Source of the DNA: Chthoniobacterales bacterium
Lineage (GTDB): Bacteria; Verrucomicrobiota; Verrucomicrobiia; Chthoniobacterales; UBA10450
DNA length: 44,256 bases
NCBI GenBank assembly: GCA_045809825.1
Contig: JBJMXC010000010.1
Location: forward strand, 1 to 44,256
Direction: 5' to 3'
Shown here one piece after another: positions 17,284-26,809 of the stretch (position 1 is the stretch's first letter; each line of letters starts with the position of its first letter). The position numbers were made by a program, and so were the translations under genes. Below the pieces are notes generated by a model. That model was not told the origin of the DNA, made no database searches, and worked only from the letters and a program-made list of their open reading frames with translations.

Positions 17284-17461
17284 ACGCCGTCCGGTAGGGC
17301 GGACTCAGTCCAGCCGTCCCCCACCAACACCGACCGGCTCGACAGAGTCTGCCCTGCGATACTGAGTCGCGACCCTGCGTGGTCAGTTGATGCCAAATCA
17401 AAAATCAGTCCCGCAACGCACGTAGACACGATGCGTTCTTTGAATCACGTTCCTCCGGCCC

Positions 17462-18301
17462 ATGAAATGGCTTTTCCTTCTTTTGCTTGCGGTCGTGATT
17501 TTCGGTGGGGCAGCGTTTTTTAGCTACGACCTGTTCGTCAAGCCGGAGCGCAAGATTCAGCAGGAAAAAAGCGGCGAAATCCCGGTCGAGCCCCTCCCCG
17601 ATGTGGGCCTCGCCGACTTCCAGGCCGCCGCGAAATTGCGCCAGGAAGGAAAGCTGATCGAAGCCCGCGATGCGCTCGTCTCCTACATGGGGAAATTCCC
17701 AACCGGCCAGCACGTCGAGGAAGCGAAGGACCTCCTCGGCCAGGTGAACACGGAGATGCTCTTCACCGAATTCCGGTCGCCGGAAAAACAAGAATATGTC
17801 GTCCGGAGCGGGGACGTCCTGGCGAAAATCGCGAACAAAACGAAGACGACGCCAGAGCTGATCATGCGAACGAACAACCTGACGAATGCAATGTTGCGCG
17901 TCGGCCAGCACCTCCTGATTTCGCACCCGGATTTTTCGCTTTTCATCCAGCGTAAGGCCCGAACCGTGATCCTGGTCAACCACGGCCAGTTTTTTAAGCG
18001 CTATCGCGTCACGACCGTACGGCTTTCGACAAAACAACCGCCTCGAATCAATACCCGCGTGGCCGAAGTCATGGCGTGGAGGGGCGGAAAGCGGGTCGGC
18101 TTCGGCACGAAGGAATGGGCCGGGAGCACGCGTTGGATCAGGCTGGCGCAGCCCGGCTATTTCATCTTTGCCGTACCCGGGAATGGTCAGCGCGACGAAT
18201 CGAACCAGCCGCCGCCGCCGGGGCTCGGGCTAGCCGCGTCGGACACGGAGGAGCTGAGCAGCCTTGTAAACAGCAAGACCACTGTCACCATTACTGACTA
18301 A
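17462..18301 (+). CDS. LysM domain-containing periplasmic protein with N-terminal membrane anchor
   Basis: 279 aa. Signal/anchor MKWLFLLLLAVVIFGGAAFF. LysM motif YVVRSGDVLAKIANKTKTTPELIMRTNNLTNAMLRVGQHLLI. The C-terminal half has no catalytic motif I can name. Confidence 0.7.
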   Translation: MKWLFLLLLAVVIFGGAAFFSYDLFVKPERKIQQEKSGEIPVEPLPDVGLADFQAAAKLRQEGKLIEARDALVSYMGKFPTGQHVEEAKDLLGQVNTEMLFTEFRSPEKQEYVVRSGDVLAKIANKTKTTPELIMRTNNLTNAMLRVGQHLLISHPDFSLFIQRKARTVILVNHGQFFKRYRVTTVRLSTKQPPRINTRVAEVMAWRGGKRVGFGTKEWAGSTRWIRLAQPGYFIFAVPGNGQRDESNQPPPPGLGLAASDTEELSSLVNSKTTVTITD

Positions 18302-18317
18302 CGTGGCCATTTCGCCG

Positions 18318-19334
18318 ATGGAAGCGCACCCTTTGGACTTCGAAAAACCGATCCTGGAATTGCAGCGGCGACTCCAGGACTTGAAGGACCATTCCGACCG
18401 GCACGACCTGAATTTCGACTCCGAGGTCGAGGCGATGGAAACCAAGATCCGCGAGACCCGCCGGCAGATTTACGACAACCTCACGGCGTGGCAACGGGTC
18501 CAGCTCGCCCGCCATATTCTACGCCCCTTCGCGCTCGATTACGTGGCGCGTTGTTTCACCGATTGGGTCGAGCTTCACGGCGACCGTGTGTTTGGCGACG
18601 ACAAAGCGATGCCGAGCGGCCTGGCCAAACTCGGTCCGCATCGTTGCGTTGTCATTACTCATCAAAAAGGTCGCGACACAAAAGAGAACGTGAAACGGAA
18701 TTTCGGTTGCGCGCATCCGGAGGGTTATCGAAAAGCGCTTCGCCTGATGCGGATGGCGGAAAAGTTCAGCCTGCCGGTGATTTCGTTAATTGATACGCCG
18801 GGGGCCTATCCGGGGATCGGTTCGGAGGAGCGCCACATTTCCGAAGCGATCGCGGTGAACCTGCGCGAAATGATGAACCTGCGAGTCCCAACCATTGCCA
18901 TCGTAATTGGCGAAGGCGGCTCGGGAGGCGCCCTCGGGATCGGCGTTTCGGACCGGGTCCTGATTTTGGAAAATGCGTATTACTCGGTGATCAGCCCGGA
19001 AGCATGCTCCGCGATTTTATGGAAGGACCGCCGGCACGCGCCGGAAGCAGCGGAGGCATTGAAGCTGACGGCGCAGGATTTGGTTGGACTCGGCGTAGTA
19101 GACGAGATCGTGCCGGAGCCGGAGGGCGGGGCGCATCGCGATCCCGATATGGCGGCGGCAAATGTCGGCACCGCGTTGCGCCAAAACCTGGAGCGGCTGT
19201 CGGCGCTTTCGATCGACGAGCTCCTCAAAAAGCGTTACGAAAAATTTCGGAAGCTCGGCAAGTTTACCGAAGAAGTGGAAACGGCTTCTCTTGAGCAGGT
19301 CCCGACGGCCGGCAGCTCAAACGGAGAACAATAG
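18318..19334 (+). CDS. accA: Acetyl-CoA carboxylase carboxyltransferase alpha subunit
   Basis: MEAHPLDFEKPILELQRRLQDLK aligns with E. coli AccA MSLNFLDFEQPIAELEAKI. Also has IDTPGAYPGIGSEERHISEAIA and GEGGSGGALGIGV. An alternative GTG start lies at 18303. Confidence 0.95.
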   Translation: MEAHPLDFEKPILELQRRLQDLKDHSDRHDLNFDSEVEAMETKIRETRRQIYDNLTAWQRVQLARHILRPFALDYVARCFTDWVELHGDRVFGDDKAMPSGLAKLGPHRCVVITHQKGRDTKENVKRNFGCAHPEGYRKALRLMRMAEKFSLPVISLIDTPGAYPGIGSEERHISEAIAVNLREMMNLRVPTIAIVIGEGGSGGALGIGVSDRVLILENAYYSVISPEACSAILWKDRRHAPEAAEALKLTAQDLVGLGVVDEIVPEPEGGAHRDPDMAAANVGTALRQNLERLSALSIDELLKKRYEKFRKLGKFTEEVETASLEQVPTAGSSNGEQ

Positions 19335-20222
19335 ATTCATTCGGGCCAGGGCCTTCCGCACGAGGTTTCGGCTCTTTTTCGGAGGCGCGACTTTGGCGAG
19401 ACGTGGCGGCGGCGGCGGAAATAAAAAACGCAGAACGGGATCAATCCGCGCAGCCCAGGCGCGTTCGCTGTGATCGGCGCCTTCGACTTCCAGGAAATGG
19501 AGGTCGTCATGCAGGCGCCACCCTTTTTCCAGGAGATGATCGCGCAAAACCGCGGCCCGTTCCCAGCCTGGCTCATGTGTGCCGGTGTCGAGCCAGATCT
19601 TCAATGGCGGCTTCGCTTCCTCATCCAATTCATCGACGATGTCGTAGATGGTGCAGTCATCCCACCAGATCGAGGGCGACATCACTGCGAGACGCGTAAA
19701 ATAATTCGGGAACCAAAGCCCCAGAGTAATCGTCGCCAGGCCGCCCAGCGAAGAGCCGCCGAGGCCGGTGAACTCCGCTTCGCGACGCGTCCGGTATTTT
19801 CGGTCGATGAAAGGCTTTAGCTCTTCAATCAGGAAGCGTCCGTAATTTCGAAGGAGACCCTTACTCCTCTTGCGCTTGGGCGGATCGATCCGTGCAGGAG
19901 TGGGCGCATATTCGTGGATCCGCTCTTCGCCGGTATTAGCGACCGCGACGATGATGAGCGGCTCCATTAATTTGTCGCGGATCAAGCGCTGGGCTGTCTC
20001 GTCCACGCCCCATTCGACACCACCGAACGCTGTCGCCGCGTCGAAAACATTTTGCCCGTCGTGCAGATAGAGGACGGGATAATAGCGGGTCGACAACCGC
20101 CGGTAGCCCGGCGGCAGATAAACGAGGATGTCGCGGCGATTCCCGAGGATTTTTGAACGAAATCCAGGGTGCGCTTGAATGTTTCCGGTAAGAGTCGACG
20201 ACGGCATGAAGGCGAAACGCAT
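19317..20222 (-). CDS. Alpha/beta-hydrolase, putative esterase family (IroE/Fes/esterase-D-like)
   Basis: 301 aa from the ATG at 20222. VLYLHDGQNVFD, GxSxG nucleophile elbow GGSSLGGL, and a late HFLEVEGADHSE. Its 3' end overlaps the accA 3' end by 18 nt (convergent). Confidence 0.7.
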   Translation of the reverse strand: MRFAFMPSSTLTGNIQAHPGFRSKILGNRRDILVYLPPGYRRLSTRYYPVLYLHDGQNVFDAATAFGGVEWGVDETAQRLIRDKLMEPLIIVAVANTGEERIHEYAPTPARIDPPKRKRSKGLLRNYGRFLIEELKPFIDRKYRTRREAEFTGLGGSSLGGLATITLGLWFPNYFTRLAVMSPSIWWDDCTIYDIVDELDEEAKPPLKIWLDTGTHEPGWERAAVLRDHLLEKGWRLHDDLHFLEVEGADHSERAWAARIDPVLRFLFPPPPPRLAKVAPPKKSRNLVRKALARMNLLFSV

Positions 20223-20326
20223 CGCGTGCCATTCCGGACTTGTCGAGGATTCTCTTCCTGTTTGCCTTTCCCGCAGTCGCGCTTTAGGGAAAGAGTTTCG
20301 CCGCGTGGCGGAAAAGATCGAACTCG

Positions 20327-21043
20327 ATGAACGAACGTTACATCCGCTGGTGGACGCCGCACCTGAGCCGCGACTTTGAAATGCTGGCTTTCGGCGATGG
20401 CGGCGGGATCCCACTCGTCCTGTTCCCGACTTCTTTCGGACGCCACACCCAAAACAGGGATTTCGGCCTGACCGATTCGATCGCCGGATTCGTCGATAGC
20501 GGTAAGATCACGATCTATTGCCCGGACTCAGCCGATCTCGACAGCTTTTATAACAAGAGAATCCACCCGGCCGACCGGATGAGGACGCACAATGGCTTTG
20601 AGCGAGTGATCGTCCATGATGTTTTCGATCTGGCGCGCCGTGAATGTTCGACGGGGCGCGTCATGGTGTGCGGGGCGAGCCTCGGCGCTTATCACGCGGC
20701 GAACATCGCTTTTCGCCACCCGGACGCGGTCAGCCACCTGATCTCGTTGAGCGGTGCGTTTGATATCAGCTCTTTTTTCGACGGCTATTACGACGACAAT
20801 ATTTATTTTAACAGCCCCTACGATTACCTCCCGAACACGACCGACCCGTGGAAATACAATCACATGGGGATCATCATCGGCACCGGCGAGTGGGATAACA
20901 CCCGCCACGAATCGCATCGCCTCTCCGAGGTTTTGAACTCAAAGGGGATTCAACATTGGCTCGACGACGGAAGGTGGCGGGGACACGACTGGAATTACTG
21001 GCGCGATATGCTCCCGCAATACCTGGCGAAGATCTGCGGATAG
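20327..21043 (+). CDS. Putative esterase-family alpha/beta-hydrolase (second, divergent copy)
   Basis: 238 aa. PLVLFPTSFG..., nucleophile elbow CGASLGAYHA, and C-terminal GHDWNYW. First gene of a co-directional five-gene array. Confidence 0.6.
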   Translation: MNERYIRWWTPHLSRDFEMLAFGDGGGIPLVLFPTSFGRHTQNRDFGLTDSIAGFVDSGKITIYCPDSADLDSFYNKRIHPADRMRTHNGFERVIVHDVFDLARRECSTGRVMVCGASLGAYHAANIAFRHPDAVSHLISLSGAFDISSFFDGYYDDNIYFNSPYDYLPNTTDPWKYNHMGIIIGTGEWDNTRHESHRLSEVLNSKGIQHWLDDGRWRGHDWNYWRDMLPQYLAKICG

Positions 21044-21068
21044 CAGCCAACTCAGGAACGCAAAAATT

Positions 21069-22034
21069 ATGAAAAAAATCGGAATCCTTTTTGGAATGGA
21101 AGGCAGTTTCCCGCCCGCCTTTGTTGAGCGGGTGAACCAGAAAACCGGCGGCAAGGATATCGCCGCGGAGTTCGTCCGGATGGACAAGGTGGTCCAGGGT
21201 GAGCCTTCTGGTTACGACGTAGTCATCGACCGGATCTCGCAGGATGTGCCGTTCTATCGTGCCTGGCTCAAGAACGCCGCGCTCACGGGCACGGCGGTGG
21301 TAAACAACCCGTTTTGGTGGAGTGCCGACGAAAAGTTTTTCAACAACGCGCTCGCAACCAAGATCGGGGTAGCGGTGCCGAAAACGGTCCTGTTGCCGTC
21401 GCATCAATTGCCGCCGGACACGACGGACAATTCATTTCGCAATCTGGCATACCCGCTCGATTGGGAAGGGATCTTCGAATACGTGGGCTGGCCCGCGTTC
21501 TTTAAACCTTTCGCGGGCGGCGGCTGGAAAAATGTTTACCGGCTCCACAACCCGGAGGAATTCTTCCGCGCCTACAGCGAAACCGGACAGCTCGTCATGA
21601 TGTTGCAGGAGGAAGTGAAGTTCGACATGTACTTCCGCTGTTACTCGATCGACCAACGCAACGTCCGGATCATGCCCTACGAGCCGCGGCATCCTTATCA
21701 TCTCCGGTACCAGACCGAATGGTCGGCGCCGAAGGAGATTTTGGAAGCGGTCGAATGGGGCGTGCTCCAATTGAATCAATATCTCGGGTACGATTTAAAC
21801 ACGGTCGAATTTGCCATCCGAGATGGTGTTCCGCTCGCGATCGATTTCTGCAATCCGGCGCCGGACGCCGAAGTAGCGAGTGTGGGCCAGGCGAACTTCG
21901 AATGGGTCGTGGATGCGGTCTCGGATATGGCCATTCGCAAGGCGAGGGAGCATCAGCCAGGGAAAGACAACCTGAGCTGGGGCAAGTTTCTTCAGGCCGC
22001 AGTGACGAAGCGTGCCTTGAGCGATCTCGCCTGA
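21069..22034 (+). CDS. ATP-grasp domain protein (RimK/glutathione-synthetase-like amide ligase)
   Basis: 321 aa. WPAFFKPFAGGGWKNVYRL (phosphate-binding loop region), and LNTVEFAIRDGVPLAIDFCNPAPD, which resembles the Mg-binding E...N segment of ATP-grasp enzymes. Confidence 0.65.
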   Translation: MKKIGILFGMEGSFPPAFVERVNQKTGGKDIAAEFVRMDKVVQGEPSGYDVVIDRISQDVPFYRAWLKNAALTGTAVVNNPFWWSADEKFFNNALATKIGVAVPKTVLLPSHQLPPDTTDNSFRNLAYPLDWEGIFEYVGWPAFFKPFAGGGWKNVYRLHNPEEFFRAYSETGQLVMMLQEEVKFDMYFRCYSIDQRNVRIMPYEPRHPYHLRYQTEWSAPKEILEAVEWGVLQLNQYLGYDLNTVEFAIRDGVPLAIDFCNPAPDAEVASVGQANFEWVVDAVSDMAIRKAREHQPGKDNLSWGKFLQAAVTKRALSDLA

Positions 22035-22043
22035 AATTTTTAT

Positions 22044-22130
22044 CCGCAGATGTATGCCGATCTCCCAGATTAAAGGGACACATGCGCTCCCACCTTCGAA
22101 ATAATCTGTGTAAATCTGCGAAATCTGCGG
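22044..22130. repeat. Inverted AATCTG(C/T)G octamer repeats in the ATP-grasp/GCS2 intergenic spacer
   Basis: Right arm: AATCTGTG (22103), AATCTGCG (22113), AATCTGCG (22122). Left arm carries reverse-complement copies CGCAGATG (22045) and CCCAGATT (22064). It shares the AATCTG/CAGATT core with the element at 13627-13738. Confidence 0.7.
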
Positions 22131-22146
22131 ACGATAATTCCTGAGC

Positions 22147-23286
22147 ATGCCCGCCACGAACCATACGTTTACGCTCGGGATCGAGGAGGAGTTCGCGATC
22201 GTCGATCCCACCACGGGCGAGCTGCGTTCCCATATCCAGGAGATCCTCGAGGGCGGCAAGGTCCTCCTAAAAGAACAGATCAAGCCGGAGATGCACCAGT
22301 CGGTGGTCGAGCTTGGCACTGAAATCTGTTTGTCGATCGAAAATGCTCGGGAGCATGTGATTGAATTGCGGAGCAAGCTCGCCTCGCTCGCGAACAAGGC
22401 TGGCCTTCGCGTGGCGTCGGTCGGCACTCATCCATTTTCAAACTGGCGCGACCAACTCATCACGGAAGGGGAGCGCTATACCCAAATTGTGAAGGACATG
22501 CAGCGGCTCGCCCGGGCGAACCTTATCTTCGGTTTGCACGTCCATGTGGGAATCCCCAACCGCGAGTCCGCCATCCAGGTGATGAACCAGGCGCGCTATT
22601 TTTTGCCGCACATTTACGCGCTGTCGACGAATTCACCGTTCTGGGGCGGACAGGACACCGGGCTCAAAGGTTATCGCCTGAAGGTGTTTGAGCGCTTCCC
22701 GCGGACCGGCATTCCCGACGCCTTCGAGTCGCTCTCCGAATACGAGGATTTCTGCAAGCTCCTGGTCAAGACCGGCTGCATCGATAATCCGAAAAAGATC
22801 TGGTGGGACATCCGGCTCCATCCGTTTTTCGACACACTTGAGATGCGGGTCTGCGATGCGCAATCGCGCGTGGACGACACCCTCGCGATCGCCGCGCTGA
22901 TCCAGGCCGTAATCGCCAAGCTCTATAAATTACTGAAGTACAATACAACCTTCCGGGTTTATCGGCGCCGCCTGCTCGATGAAAATCGCTGGCGGGCCTC
23001 GCGTTATGGGATCGAGGGGAAACTGATCGATTTTGGCCGCGAAACAGAAGTCGAGACCCGCAGTTTGCTGAACGAACTGATGGAATTCGTTTCGACAGAA
23101 GTGGACGAGCTAGGCAGCCGAAAGGAGATGGCTCACATAGAGCGCATCATGCGGGAAGGGACCGGCGCCGATCGCCAGCTCGAGGTTTTCCACCGCACGA
23201 ACGATATGAAAGCGGTCGTCGATCTCATCATCGCGGAGACCTACGAAGGGTTGAAAATCGACGAGGCAGCCGCCGCGCCGGCCTAG
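22147..23286 (+). CDS. Carboxylate-amine ligase, glutamate-cysteine ligase family 2 (YbdK-like, GCS2)
   Basis: 379 aa. FTLGIEEEFAIVDPTTGEL, EMHQSVVELGT, GLHVHVG, STNSPFWGGQDTG, WWDIRLHPFFDTLEMRVCD are hallmark GCS2/YbdK motifs. Confidence 0.85.
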   Translation: MPATNHTFTLGIEEEFAIVDPTTGELRSHIQEILEGGKVLLKEQIKPEMHQSVVELGTEICLSIENAREHVIELRSKLASLANKAGLRVASVGTHPFSNWRDQLITEGERYTQIVKDMQRLARANLIFGLHVHVGIPNRESAIQVMNQARYFLPHIYALSTNSPFWGGQDTGLKGYRLKVFERFPRTGIPDAFESLSEYEDFCKLLVKTGCIDNPKKIWWDIRLHPFFDTLEMRVCDAQSRVDDTLAIAALIQAVIAKLYKLLKYNTTFRVYRRRLLDENRWRASRYGIEGKLIDFGRETEVETRSLLNELMEFVSTEVDELGSRKEMAHIERIMREGTGADRQLEVFHRTNDMKAVVDLIIAETYEGLKIDEAAAAPA

Positions 23287-23355
23287 CGCGATTTGTTTCA
23301 CCGATGATCAATTGCCCTGCCTCCGGTTTCGCGTAAAACTCACCGCTTGATTACC

Positions 23356-24375
23356 ATGCCAGACCGCGCCCACAGCCTTACGATTGATCCGGAACTTCAA
23401 CCGGGCGCTCGAAACGCCATCCGCGATTGCCTGCGCCTGAAACGGGAAGAGCGGATCACGATCATCACTGACGAAGTGACCCGCGACATTGCAGCGGCGC
23501 TCCAATCCGAGGTCGAAGAGATCGGTGCGCAGCATTCTGTGTTTGTCCTGGAAGAGCACGCCGATCGGCCATTGACCGACATGCCGGCGGTAATCCTCGA
23601 GGATTTGGCTGAGTCGCAGGTCAGTATCTTTTGCGCGCAAACCCAGCGCGGTGAATTGCGTTCGCGGATGCAGATGAGCGACGTCGTGAACAAGAATCGG
23701 ATCCGCCACGGCCACATGGTCAATATTACTCGGCAGATCATGCTCGAGGGCATGCGGGCCGATTTTCGGGCGATCGATGCCTTGAGCCAGCGCCTGGTGG
23801 AGCGCGCCCGGGCAGCCAAAAGCATCAAGTGCCGGACAGCCGCGGGCACAGATTACGAGGCTGAATTTTCGCCCAGCCTGAAATGGCTCAAGACGAGCGG
23901 AATCATCAATCCAGACAAGTGGGGTAATCTGCCGGGGGGCGAAATTTTCACGTCGCCGGCGAACTCAAGCGGCGTGTTCGTCGTGGATGGCGTGGTGGGC
24001 GATTATCTCTGCCAGAAATATGGCGATATAAAGGCGACCCCATTACGGATCGAGATCGAAAACAATCGTATCCGCGATCTGCAGTGCGAAAATAAAGAGC
24101 TGCTCGAAGAGTTCCGCGCCTACACGAGCACGGATGAAAACAGCGACCGCGTCGGCGAATTCGCGGTCGGAACCAATACCGCCTGCACCCACGTGATTGG
24201 CAACATTTTACAGGACGAAAAGATTCCTGGGATTCACATCGCCTTTGGGCACCCCTATTCGGAGCACACCGGCGCGAAGTGGGTCTCGAAAACGCACATT
24301 GATTGCGTCGGCCGCGACTTCGACATCTGGTTCGACGACGACAAGATTATGGAGCGCGGGAAGTTTCTCGTGTGA
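23356..24375 (+). CDS. Aminopeptidase, M29 (AmpS/aminopeptidase T-like) family
   Basis: 339 aa from the ATG at 23356 (TTG 23347 is an alternative). NLPGGEIFTSP, VVDGVVGD, GEFAVGTN, IPGIHIAFGHPY and THIDCV match the M29 pattern as I recall it. Confidence 0.7.
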   Translation: MPDRAHSLTIDPELQPGARNAIRDCLRLKREERITIITDEVTRDIAAALQSEVEEIGAQHSVFVLEEHADRPLTDMPAVILEDLAESQVSIFCAQTQRGELRSRMQMSDVVNKNRIRHGHMVNITRQIMLEGMRADFRAIDALSQRLVERARAAKSIKCRTAAGTDYEAEFSPSLKWLKTSGIINPDKWGNLPGGEIFTSPANSSGVFVVDGVVGDYLCQKYGDIKATPLRIEIENNRIRDLQCENKELLEEFRAYTSTDENSDRVGEFAVGTNTACTHVIGNILQDEKIPGIHIAFGHPYSEHTGAKWVSKTHIDCVGRDFDIWFDDDKIMERGKFLV

Positions 24376-24394
24376 GGCTGAGCGGATCGCGCTG

Positions 24395-25585
24395 ATGGAT
24401 CCGCAGCTTCGCTCCAGGTTTAACGCCGATTTCTCTTTAGATAAATATTCGGCGCTGCTGGGCTGCATAAATGAAGCGGTTCGCTGGCCGGCCGATTTCC
24501 GGATTTCGGAAACGCCGATTTTTCTAACACCTGAGTTCACCCACGAAGCTGTCAACGCGGCGCAAACAATTCGCGCTCAAACCGCGACGCCGGAGTTTGC
24601 GAGACATGCTGCCTCGGCGATCCCTCCGGGACTGGAAGTGCCTAACGAGTCGTCGCACCCGGAATTTGTCATCATTGACCTTGGTATCTGCGAAGAGGAC
24701 GGTCGCCTCGTCCCGCGCCTGATCGAGCTCCAGGCGTTCCCGAGCCTGTTCGCGTTTCAATTCATGCTCCTGGGGTGCATGCGCCGCAGTTTCCCGGCGA
24801 TTCCGGAGAATTGGACCTCTGCCTTCAGCGGATTGCACGACCAGGAATACATCGAGCTCCTGCGTCGCACGATTATCGGCGAGGCGAACCCGGAGAACGT
24901 GATCCTGTTGGAAATTGAGCCGGAGAAACAGAAAACGCGGATTGATTTTGCCTGCACCGAAGTATTGCTCGGTATCCGCTCGGTTTGTCTGACGGAGGTC
25001 AGGAAAAACGGCCGGCAATTATTTTACGATCGCGATGGCCGCGAAACGCGGATCGATCGGATTTACAATCGAGTCATCTTCGACGAGCTCGAGCGCCGGC
25101 CCGACTTGCGGCCGGCATTCCATTTCCAGGAAGACCTGGACGTAAAATGGGTTACACACCCGAACTGGTATTACCGGATCAGCAAGCATTCGTTGCCTTT
25201 CCTGAAGACGCCGCACACATCCCCGGCCTACTTTGCGGACGAGCTGCCGCCTAACGAGTCCTTGACCGATTACGTCCTGAAGCCGCTCTACTCATTTGCC
25301 GGGCTCGGTGTCGATATGGAACCGACGCCGGAAAAGTTGGCCGCGCTTTCCCAGCCGCATTCCTGGATCCTGCAAAAAAAAGTGAATTACGCTTCCTTTG
25401 TCGAAACCGTCGACGGCCCAAGATCCAAGGCCGAACTGCGAATGATGTTCCTCTGGCCGGAGAACGAGACAGACCCGATCCTGGTTAACAACCTCGTCCG
25501 GATGAGCCAGGGCCAGATGATGGGTGTTAATTTTAACAAGGAAAAAACCTGGGTCGGCTCGAGCATCGCACTCCACCCGCGGTAG
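24395..25585 (+). CDS. Conserved hypothetical protein, possibly ATP-grasp-like ligase
   Basis: 396 aa from the ATG at 24395. The track ORF from 24197 would overlap the aminopeptidase by about 180 nt. YVLKPLYSFAGLGVDMEP and AELRMMFLW...LVNNLVRMSQGQMMGVNFN loosely resemble ATP-grasp/glutathionylspermidine-synthase-type segments. The assignment is weak. Confidence 0.4.
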   Translation: MDPQLRSRFNADFSLDKYSALLGCINEAVRWPADFRISETPIFLTPEFTHEAVNAAQTIRAQTATPEFARHAASAIPPGLEVPNESSHPEFVIIDLGICEEDGRLVPRLIELQAFPSLFAFQFMLLGCMRRSFPAIPENWTSAFSGLHDQEYIELLRRTIIGEANPENVILLEIEPEKQKTRIDFACTEVLLGIRSVCLTEVRKNGRQLFYDRDGRETRIDRIYNRVIFDELERRPDLRPAFHFQEDLDVKWVTHPNWYYRISKHSLPFLKTPHTSPAYFADELPPNESLTDYVLKPLYSFAGLGVDMEPTPEKLAALSQPHSWILQKKVNYASFVETVDGPRSKAELRMMFLWPENETDPILVNNLVRMSQGQMMGVNFNKEKTWVGSSIALHPR

Positions 25586-25612
25586 GAAACAGTGGACTCT
25601 GTCGCGCGTAGC

Positions 25613-26809
25613 TTAGGATGATGGGGAAGCCGCCAGCTCGTCGTTCGTTTCGGCAAAGGCGTTGACCGCGAGTTCCAAATCTTCACGGGAGTGCGCAGCG
25701 GACACCTGGGTGCGAACCCGCGCGGTCCCGTGCGGGACGACCGGATAGAAAAAGCCAATCACGTAAACGCCCTTTCCAAGCATCCGCGCGGCGAACCTCT
25801 GCGAAAGCGCCGCGTCGCCGAGCATGATCGGCACGATCGGGTGCGTTCCTGGCTTGATGGTGAGCCCGCGCTCCGTAAGAGCGGCTCGGAAATAACTGGT
25901 ATTCGCTTCGAGCTTGTCGCGCAGCTCGGTTGATTCGGTCAGGAGCCGGAGCGCCTTGATCGTCGCGGCGACGATGTGCGGTGCGACGCTGTTCGAAAAC
26001 AAGTAGGGACGCGAACGCTGCCGGAGCAATTCGATGATCCTTTTCCGCGCGCTGGTGAATCCGCCGCTCGCGCCGCCAAGCGCTTTCCCGAGGGTGCCGG
26101 TGATAATGTCGATCCGCCCGGTGACGCCACGATATTCGTGAGTGCCGCGCCCGGTCCGGCCGAGGAAACCGGTGGCGTGCGCGTCGTCGATCATCGTGAG
26201 GGCATTATATTTCTCGGCCAGATCGCAAATCGCGCCGAGCTCGGCGATCGTTCCATCCATCGAAAAACAGCCATCGGTCGCGATCAGACGGAGCCGCGCA
26301 TCTTTCGTCTCCGCGAGTTTTGCCTCGAGATCAGCCATGTCGTTGTGTTTGTAACGAAAGCGCTGCGCTTTGCAGAGCCGGATGCCGTCAATGATGGAGG
26401 CGTGGTTGAGCTCGTCGGAGATAACCGCGTCTTCCGGGCCAAGGAGCGTCTCGAACAGGCCGCCGTTCGCGTCGAACGCGGAAGGATAAAGGATCGTGTC
26501 CTCCGTTCCGAGAAAGCGGGTGAGCGCATCCTCGAGCTCCTTGTGAATGTCCTGCGTGCCGCAAATAAAACGGACGGACGCCATCCCAAAGCCGTGGCTA
26601 TCGAGCGCTTCTTTGGCGGCCGCTATCAGCGCAGGGTGATCGGCGAGGCCGAGATAATTGTTCGCACACATGTTGAGGACCTCGCGCCCCCCGGCGATTC
26701 CGATCCTCGCGTCCTGCGGCGAGGTGATGATGCGCTCTGATTTATAAAGTCCCTGCGACCGGATTTCGGCGAGGGTGGTGGCCAGTCTCTGGTCGAATTC
26801 CGCGAGCAT
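25613..26809 (-). CDS. kbl: 2-amino-3-ketobutyrate CoA ligase (glycine C-acetyltransferase)
   Basis: 398 aa, near-colinear with E. coli Kbl. [34 protein letters not shown], and [13 protein letters not shown] with the PLP lysine. Confidence 0.95.
   Translation of the reverse strand: MLAEFDQRLATTLAEIRSQGLYKSERIITSPQDARIGIAGGREVLNMCANNYLGLADHPALIAAAKEALDSHGFGMASVRFICGTQDIHKELEDALTRFLGTEDTILYPSAFDANGGLFETLLGPEDAVISDELNHASIIDGIRLCKAQRFRYKHNDMADLEAKLAETKDARLRLIATDGCFSMDGTIAELGAICDLAEKYNALTMIDDAHATGFLGRTGRGTHEYRGVTGRIDIITGTLGKALGGASGGFTSARKRIIELLRQRSRPYLFSNSVAPHIVAATIKALRLLTESTELRDKLEANTSYFRAALTERGLTIKPGTHPIVPIMLGDAALSQRFAARMLGKGVYVIGFFYPVVPHGTARVRTQVSAAHSREDLELAVNAFAETNDELAASPSS

Noticed and set aside
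17284-17461. Imperfect long-range inverted repeat GGGCGGACTCAGT (17299-17311) / ACTGAGTCGCGACCC (17361-17375) downstream of the DUF2007-like gene
   Set aside because: There are several mismatches and a 50-nt loop. It could be a degenerate REP-like hairpin or terminator, but the evidence is too weak to call.
19317-19334. 18-nt overlap of the convergent accA and esterase 3' coding ends
   Set aside because: It is real in the sequence but is a common consequence of compact genomes. There is no specific signal beyond the lack of room for terminators.
25976-26740. 254-aa plus-strand ORF antisense to kbl. Similar large shadows: 28188-28913 (tdh), 11499-12209 and 11678-12223 (murA), 17405-18037 (LysM gene), 20874-21407, 21670-22233 and 21795-22427 (esterase/ATP-grasp region), 29875-30750 (dxr), 34248-35066 (ispG 3' end)
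   Set aside because: Each lies opposite a gene with unmistakable family motifs. GC-rich genomes routinely show long antisense ORFs.
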